Positions 37,514 through 43,614 of a DNA stretch of 43,614 bases are shown piece after piece (within the stretch, counting starts at the first letter, position 1; the number at the start of each line of letters is the position of its first letter). This stretch comes from Octopus bimaculoides (lineage: Eukaryota): positions 96,332,173-96,375,786 of the forward strand of contig NC_068987.1 in NCBI RefSeq assembly GCF_001194135.2, written 5' to 3'. The notes beneath the pieces were generated by a model. It was given only the letters and a program-made list of their open reading frames with translations, ran no database searches and was not told the DNA's origin. Position numbers and translations under genes: made by a program.

Positions 37514-38125
37514 TTATGATGAAAAACATTTTCTAAGAGAATAAGGAGTGATACGAGAGAATCTGACTTCTATTTCCACTGTTTTACTGCAATTTTTTTG
37601 TTTCAGTCTCTCAGCTGCATTCGAACCTTCGACTGAACCAACTATATTTCCACACAAAAGACTTATGGGTATATTCCATACTTTGAATAGTTCCATCCAC
37701 TCTGGGCCAAACAAAGTGAACTTATTAACACATATATCTTTGCCTTTTACATTTGACCTCAAAATGTTACACAACATATGAATTCACCAAAAAAATATAT
37801 CTTTTTTTCCTGTAACACCATGTGCTACCTTTCTAGAATTAATTAATTTCGGCTTATCGACATATTTCCAAGTTTTTTCGTTTGTAATGGTAATATCAAT
37901 ACCAGTGTCCAATTGCATTTTAACACCTGTATTTCTGATTTTCACCTTCATGAATTTTCTCATTGTTATATTATCAATTGCTTCCGATGACATACTATTT
38001 ATTCTTTTTCCTTTGTTCTCATGTTTTGTCATCTTCGTTCTACAGTGCACCTTTATATGTCCTATATTTTCACAATATAGGACATATGTTGTCATTTCAC
38101 TAGCTTGTAAAATAAAGTTCGCCAA
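37514..38125 (-). mobile_element. Ty3/Gypsy gag-protease relic
   Basis: Decayed zinc knuckle YCENIGHIKVHC, then retropepsin motif VKMQLDTGIDITI and KVAHGVTGKK, and a frameshifted LFGPEWMELF segment. Confidence 0.8.
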
Positions 38126-38376
38126 GCCAATTAGAAAGCCCCTATGTGAATAGTAGATCCACTAGAAATAACAGACAAATTTCCCTTTGATCACATCCTC
38201 CCAACTTAAAAAAAGCAGCAGAATGGTGATGAATAGAATACTTTTAATCAGCTCAGTTAGAGTTGAGCTAGAGCCAAACAATGGCAGCAACATAGTTATT
38301 TCCAGTTGTTTAAATAAATAAACTGATATTGTGAAAGACAAAAAGAATCAAAGAGCTGTAAAAAAATAAAACTTAC

Positions 38377-38450
38377 CTGAAAATTTGATGAAGAAATCGT
38401 TGGCCACAGAACTGTTTCTCCTTTATCATTCTGTTTGTTAATATCACAAC
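38377..38450 (-). CDS. ASB-like protein, internal exon
   Basis: GCDINKQNDKGETVLWPTISSSNFQ (ankyrin). Acceptor tttttgaAG at 38452-38451, donor GTAAGT from 38376; 74 nt, phase 1 to 0, in frame with both neighbours. Confidence 0.9.
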
Positions 38451-40366
38451 CTTCAAAAAAATTAGATAAACATAACATATATTGCATGACCTACTAGAAA
38501 TAACAGCTAAATTTCTCTCAAATCACACCCATCTTATATTATACAATTTATGGGTTAGTGCAGTCCAAGGTACACAATGCGAAAGAAAATAGGTGGTCAT
38601 GGCTTAAAAAGCCTTTGAAGATAGGATTATTGGTTGAGGGCTCACTGGAGCAAAACAGAAGTAACAACTTAAGATATCTCAAGCTCCACTTACTTGACAC
38701 CAGCAGAGCAGATAAATCAATGGTAGAGAATTGCTTTTCCAAGATCTTTGTGAATCACAGAGATGGACACTGTTAAGGGAGTTAAACAACAGCACTAATA
38801 CTCCCCTTAAATCAACCATTACTACTACTACTACTACTACTAACAATGGAGTAAAAAATAAATCAATGGCAGAGCATTAGACAAACAAGATATCAGCACA
38901 TGCTTTGGTCAAATAATCTTGCATGAAAGTAGGATATATGCCACCTTAATCCCTAAAGGAATCTTAAGGAATGCTCCTTAGCTGTGGTATTATGGTGTTA
39001 AATAAATGGAAAGCAAATCTACAGCTGAAATAATGTATCAATCTATAACAGCTAACGTTACCAGAAATCTGGTGCCTATTTCTGAGAGCTATATAAATTA
39101 GTGCTCAAACAAGACCAGATACCTTAAGTTCAATGTTGAATTTTAGATAATTGTCTATATCTATTATACACCTTTTTGACATAATCTTACGCATGTCCTA
39201 TTCTTGGCTCAATCCCTCCCAAGCACTACTAATAGTGGACAAGCAGTTAACAACCACTTGTCCATCTTTTATTTTATTATACTTTCATTAGGTCAACTGG
39301 TACATTGCCTATAGACATTGGATTTTAGGCATCTGGTCTAGTCTCACCACTAATTGTCTGTATCTATTATATGCTATTTTGATGTATTCTTATCCATTAT
39401 ATATATATGTGTGTGTGTGTATATATATACGAAGGGAAATAACCCTGAAATCCGGATACGTTCGTGCTGCAGATCGAGGTGAGAGGGATAACTTCCCTTG
39501 GCAAACAGGACACAGTCGTGTGTCGATAAGCCAGCTGGAGGAGATGTCCTCCTGGGGCTAAAAGCAACAGTAACATCCACCCCTAGGGGTCAGCCACACT
39601 TAAGTGGCAATATACTACACTTTATCGTGCAGTTACTGTTAATACTTCATTTAGAGAATTAACATTGCTTGTTTTCACCTTTTCAATATCAGTGAAGAAT
39701 TTCACTGGAAAAGAAGATATAAGTTTGCCAGGTTTTTGTCTCTCTCACCAAGGTCATCAGCTGTCGGACGCCGACNNNNNNNNNNNNNNNNNNNNNNNNN
39801 NNNNNNNNNNNNNNNNNNNNNNNNNNNNNNNNNNNNNNNNNNNNNNNNNNNNNNNNNNNNNNNNNNNNNNNNNNNNNNNNNNNNNNNNNNNNNNNNNNNN
39901 NNNNNNNNNNNNNNNNNNNNNNNNNNNNNNNNNNNNNNNNNNNNNNNNNNNNNNNNNNNNNNNNNNNNNNNNNNNNNNNNNNNNNNNNNNNNNNNNNNNN
40001 NNNNNNNNNNNNNNNNNNNNNNNNNNNNNNNNNNNNNNNNNNNNNNNNNNNNNNNNNNNNNNNNNATGATAAAACTCCGAGTTTCAGATGCCAAGGTGGG
40101 AGTCCACGCCAACATCTCTTCAGTTATTGGAGTTTTATCATGGCTGCTGAATAAGTGTCACATATTTTTACAAATAAATTCCTCTATTTGCATAATATTG
40201 AGGTCTCTTTCTTTCTGTTGTTGTCCCTTCTGTCAAAAAAATATATATACACACACACACGAGTAAGCACATAAATGCAAAACAAGGTGGAAAAAATAGT
40301 ACTTGAATACCAAAGGTAGAGTAATATGCTTTTTTTTTTTACTAAAGTTGCAAAAACATCGCAAAA

Positions 40367-40408
40367 AACTGTTACTCAGAGTTTCACATTTCCGTTCATT
40401 GGACAGTT
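40367..40408 (-). ncRNA. Minimal type-I hammerhead ribozyme-like fold with degenerate core
   Basis: Minus strand reads AACUGU-CCAAUGA-ACG GAAA UGU-GAAACUC U GAGUA-ACAGUU. Stems I, II and III all pair; the core has 2 mismatches to CUGAUGA. Confidence 0.6.
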
Positions 40409-40604
40409 GTGATCAAGACTGGAATAAAATTGTGGTCACAACAGAAATGTGATAATCTGAGGAACAGTTTTTGTGATGTTTTCGCAGCTTTAATAAAAAA
40501 GTATATCTATATACGTACACACATTATATATATATATATGTAAATAAAAAGACATAAGAAGGACAAGGCAGTGTGGTATTTCTAGGACATTTATACATTG
40601 ACTG

Positions 40605-40987
40605 TGGAGGCGCAATGGTCCAGTGGTTAGGGCAGCAGACTTGCGGTCATATGATCGCGGTTTCGATTCCCAGACTGGGCGTTGTGAGTGTTTATTGAGC
40701 AAAAACACCTAAAGCTCCACGAGGCTCCAGCAGAGGATGGTGGCGAACCCTGCTGTACCCTTTCACCACAACTTTCTCTCACTCTTTCTTCCTGTTTCTG
40801 TTGTGCCTGTAATTCAAAGGGTCAGCCTTATCACACTGTCACGCTGAATATCCTCAAGAACTACGTTAAGGGTGCACATGTCCGTGGAGCACTCAACCAC
40901 TTGCACATTAATTTCACGGGCAGGCTGTTCCGTTGATCGGATCAACTGGAACCCTCGACGTCGTAAGCGACGGAGTGCCAACAACAA
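40605..40987 (+). mobile_element. tRNA-derived SINE family D, full length, (CAA)n tail, 12-bp TSD
   Basis: A-box-like tggtccagtggttag, B-box-like gtttcgattcc. TSD ATACATTGACTG at 40593-40604 and 40988-40999. Confidence 0.88.
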
Positions 40988-41237
40988 ATACATTGACTGA
41001 ATAGACTCTTTCATCAGTTTGACAAACGAGAGTTCAGCAGGACACAGCTGCATAGTGTTCTTAATTTGATGGTTTACTATGTTGTCTCATGTAGAAATTC
41101 AGAACTATATGGGATTTTCTGATCTGGCTGCAGACATTGCAATAGTAATCTCTCACATTTGTTGGGTAGATTAGACTCTGCTCTATGGTGGACTCTTTTC
41201 TCCTTCAGGGAATTTATCTTGGTTGCCTTAAAGTTAG

Positions 41238-41279
<42 letters not shown>

Positions 41280-41284
<5 letters not shown>

Positions 41285-41511
41285 CTTTACTACCCACAAG
41301 GGGCTACACACAGAGGGGACAAACAAAGACAGACAAAACGGATTAAGTCGATTATATCGACCCCAGTGCGTAACTGGTACTTATTTAATCGACCCCGAAA
41401 GGATGAAAGGCAAAGTCGACCTCGGCGGAATTTGAACTCAGAACATAGCGGCAGACGAAATACCGCTAAGCATTTCGCCCGGCGTGCTAACGTTTCTGCC
41501 AGCTCGCCGCC
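41280..41511 (-). mobile_element. SINE family A1 copy inserted in (TG)n
   Basis: Reverse complement of the 8037-8267 element over its whole length. Confidence 0.85.
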
Positions 41512-41625
41512 ATGTGTGCGCGTGTGCGCGTGGGGGGGGGGCAAGACAGAGAGAGAGAAAGAGAGACAATGAGTTGAAAGAACTAGTAATGATGTGTTAA
41601 GAGAGGGTAAAATAATAAGACTTAC

Positions 41626-41751
41626 CTAATTCAATGAAAAGCTTCACCAAATCAAAACTGTTGCCATAAGCTGCAGCATGTAGCACCGTGTCACCATTAC
41701 CATCAACTGCATTGATGTCAGCACCATTCTCCAGTAATAGCTTGGACAGTT
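41626..41751 (-). CDS. Ankyrin repeat/SOCS-box (ASB-like) protein, first coding exon visible in window (internal exon)
   Basis: ELSKLLLENGADINAVDGNGDTVLHAAAYGNSFDLVKLFIELG is a canonical ankyrin repeat. Acceptor ttttacAG at 41753-41752, donor GTAAGT from 41625; 126 nt, phase 1 to phase 1. Confidence 0.93.
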
Positions 41752-41820
41752 CTGTAAAAACACAAAATATATATATATATATGTACACACAAACACATAT
41801 GTATATACACGTACACATGG

Positions 41821-42110
41821 ATGCAGACATGGCTGTGTGGTTAAGAAGTTTGCTTCGCTTCCCAACCTAATCTTTTCAGGTTCAATCCCACTGTGTGGCA
41901 CCTTTGGTAAATGTGTTCTACTATAACACTATTGTATGTATGTGAGAGCATGAGTGTATGTATGTTTGTGTCTCCTTATCTTCCTATTATGTGATTGTCG
42001 TAAATGAATTCAATTTATTTCCAATATTCAACAAAAATATGCCTCAATAAATATCGTCCAACCCATGCTAGGATGGAAAATGCAGACATAACAATGATAA
42101 TGGCAATGGT
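41821..42110 (+). mobile_element. tRNA-derived SINE family C with internal (TG)n and RTE-type tail
   Basis: gcagacatggctgtgtggttaagaagtttgcttc...ggttcaatcccactg head; tail tcgtccaacccatgctaggatggaaa. Confidence 0.7.
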
Positions 42111-42659
42111 GATATATAATAAACTAAACGGCAAGATTTTTTTGATCAAATTTAAACAGATTAATTGTGACAATACAGAACTAAGTGTCCCATCCTAGTG
42201 TCTTATCAAGTGCCTACATGGTCATTTGAGATGTTAGAGACAGCAAGTGAATTTCCCTAAAAATCACACCTTGCCACCTTAAAAAAAAACAGGACATGCT
42301 GAAAAATATGACCAAGACACACTGTACATTATAGCTACAGGAAATGAAAAAAAAAATGAAAACCTAGGTCAGTCATGGGTAGAACACCTTTAATGATAGA
42401 TCTGTTAGATCAGAGACAGCCTGGGCAAAAAACAATAACATCAATGCCTGCAATAGATTTGAACCCAAGATCACTGAGACCACTGAGTTAGTAGTGCAAT
42501 GGCATATCCACTCAGCCATTTCACTTCACTGACAATATAGTTGCATGACAGGTAACAATGAAGGGAGATAATGAAACCAGATAATAGTGGGGACGATACA
42601 CAGTGTGTTCAGGCTAAATTTGATGATTATTTTTTTTGTCTCCCTTTTTTGAGGAACAG

Positions 42660-43240
42660 CATGACGGATTGGTGAACAGTCAACAGTGTTGGAGAGAAAA
42701 AAGATTAAAGTTGAAGTTGTGCAAAGAATATAAGTAGCGATCATTTCTTCACACTACGAAGAAATGATCAAGCTCAGTAACAATCTATCAACTACCCCAA
42801 AAACATACTATCCACTCCAATTATGAAGAAAAGAGAGGATGAAACCAATAAACTGTCCATAGTCTGTCTACCCTATGTGAAAGGCCTCTCCGAAAAGATA
42901 CAAAAGAGCAATACAACACTTCGCAAATCTTTCCTTCGAGTAAAACCACCAATAGAAGTGAATATGACCAAAGACTGCGTGTACTCCATCCCATGCAGCT
43001 GTGGTAGGTTATACAAAGGCGAAACATGCGGCCCCCTCTCAAAATAAGGGTAGAAGAACATCGCAAAGCTGTGACACAAGGAGATATTGATAAATCGGAT
43101 ATAGCTGATCTTGTATGGGAAAATGGAGACCACCTCCCTCTGTGGGATGAAGTTAAAATAATAGACAGAGAACACCACTGGAAAATACGAAAACTAAAAG
43201 AAGCACCACATATGCTAGGACTTAAGCAGACTGAGTGAAG
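42660..43240 (+). mobile_element. Penelope-like element 3' fragment (GIY-YIG domain)
   Basis: VCLPYVKGLSEKIQK...KDCVYSIPCSCGRLYKGETC(R)PLKIRVEEHRKAV...SDIADLVWENGDHLPLWDEVKIIDREHHWKIRKLKEA, spread over frameshifted ORFs 42823-43047 and 43026-43238. Confidence 0.88.
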
Positions 43241-43320
43241 CTATGAGTAGCATATGGGAACCGGTATTAATGAGGGATAAGAAAATATTAGATTTATAAA
43301 TCCTAAAATTCACTCCATAA

Positions 43321-43548
43321 TTGCCCATGGGCATAGTGGTTAAGAGCGTGGGCTACTAACACCAAGATTCCGAGTTCGATTCCAGGAAGTGACCTGAATA
43401 ATAATAATAATAATAACATCGAAAAATACCTTATGAGAACACAGGTTCGAAATTTCCCCAAGACACCTGATGAAGGCTGGAGGGTATGTCAACCGAAACA
43501 TGTTAACAACAAACAAGATGAGGACAAATATCTGTCAAATGTAAATAA
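43321..43548 (+). mobile_element. tRNA-headed SINE family F with hammerhead-like 3' part
   Basis: A-box-like tgggcatagtggttaag, B-box GTTCGATTCC (43374-43383), internal (AAT)n, then CTGATGA-stem-GAAAC at 43467-43499. Confidence 0.65.
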
Positions 43549-43614
43549 TGTGTGTGTGGTGCCCCAGCATGGCCACAGCTCATGAGCTGAAACTAAATAA
43601 AATGAAAAAAAATA

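Noticed and set aside
40605-40680. Functional tRNA genes (also 34983-35050 and 43325-43390)
   Set aside because: tRNA-like A/B boxes continue into SINE bodies with tails or TSDs; no complete cloverleaf or terminator.
43555-43614. agct-catg-agct hairpin followed by GAAAC as another hammerhead
   Set aside because: No upstream CUGANGA; it matches the end of a common repeat also seen reversed at ~35585-35640 and ~2685-2730.

Overview
AT-rich, repeat-dense eukaryotic DNA with seven N-gaps. The SINE/LINE repertoire resembles octopus genomes as I recall them (inference, no database search). Two minus-strand protein-coding genes are partly present. (1) The last five coding exons of an ankyrin-repeat/SOCS-box (ASB-type) gene, 41751->23642, with GT-AG introns and compatible phases. 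(2) The N-terminal coding exon of a POT/SLC15A4-like peptide transporter, 10693->10465; its downstream exons were not found. The rest is mostly transposon-derived: a decayed near-full-length Penelope-like element (PLE; RT + GIY-YIG), a second PLE fragment, Tx1/L1, RTE, Dong/R4 and CR1/Jockey-group LINE relics, a Gypsy gag-protease relic, a piggyBac derivative, a mariner-type MITE, a solo-LTR-like insert, at least six tRNA-derived or LINE-tailed SINE families, and many micro/minisatellites. Most notable: minimal hammerhead-ribozyme folds in two non-autonomous repeats (an inverted pair at 40324-40506 and a tRNA-headed SINE at 43321-43548), and a SINE whose 3' tail matches the 3' end of the Tx1-like LINE in the same window.
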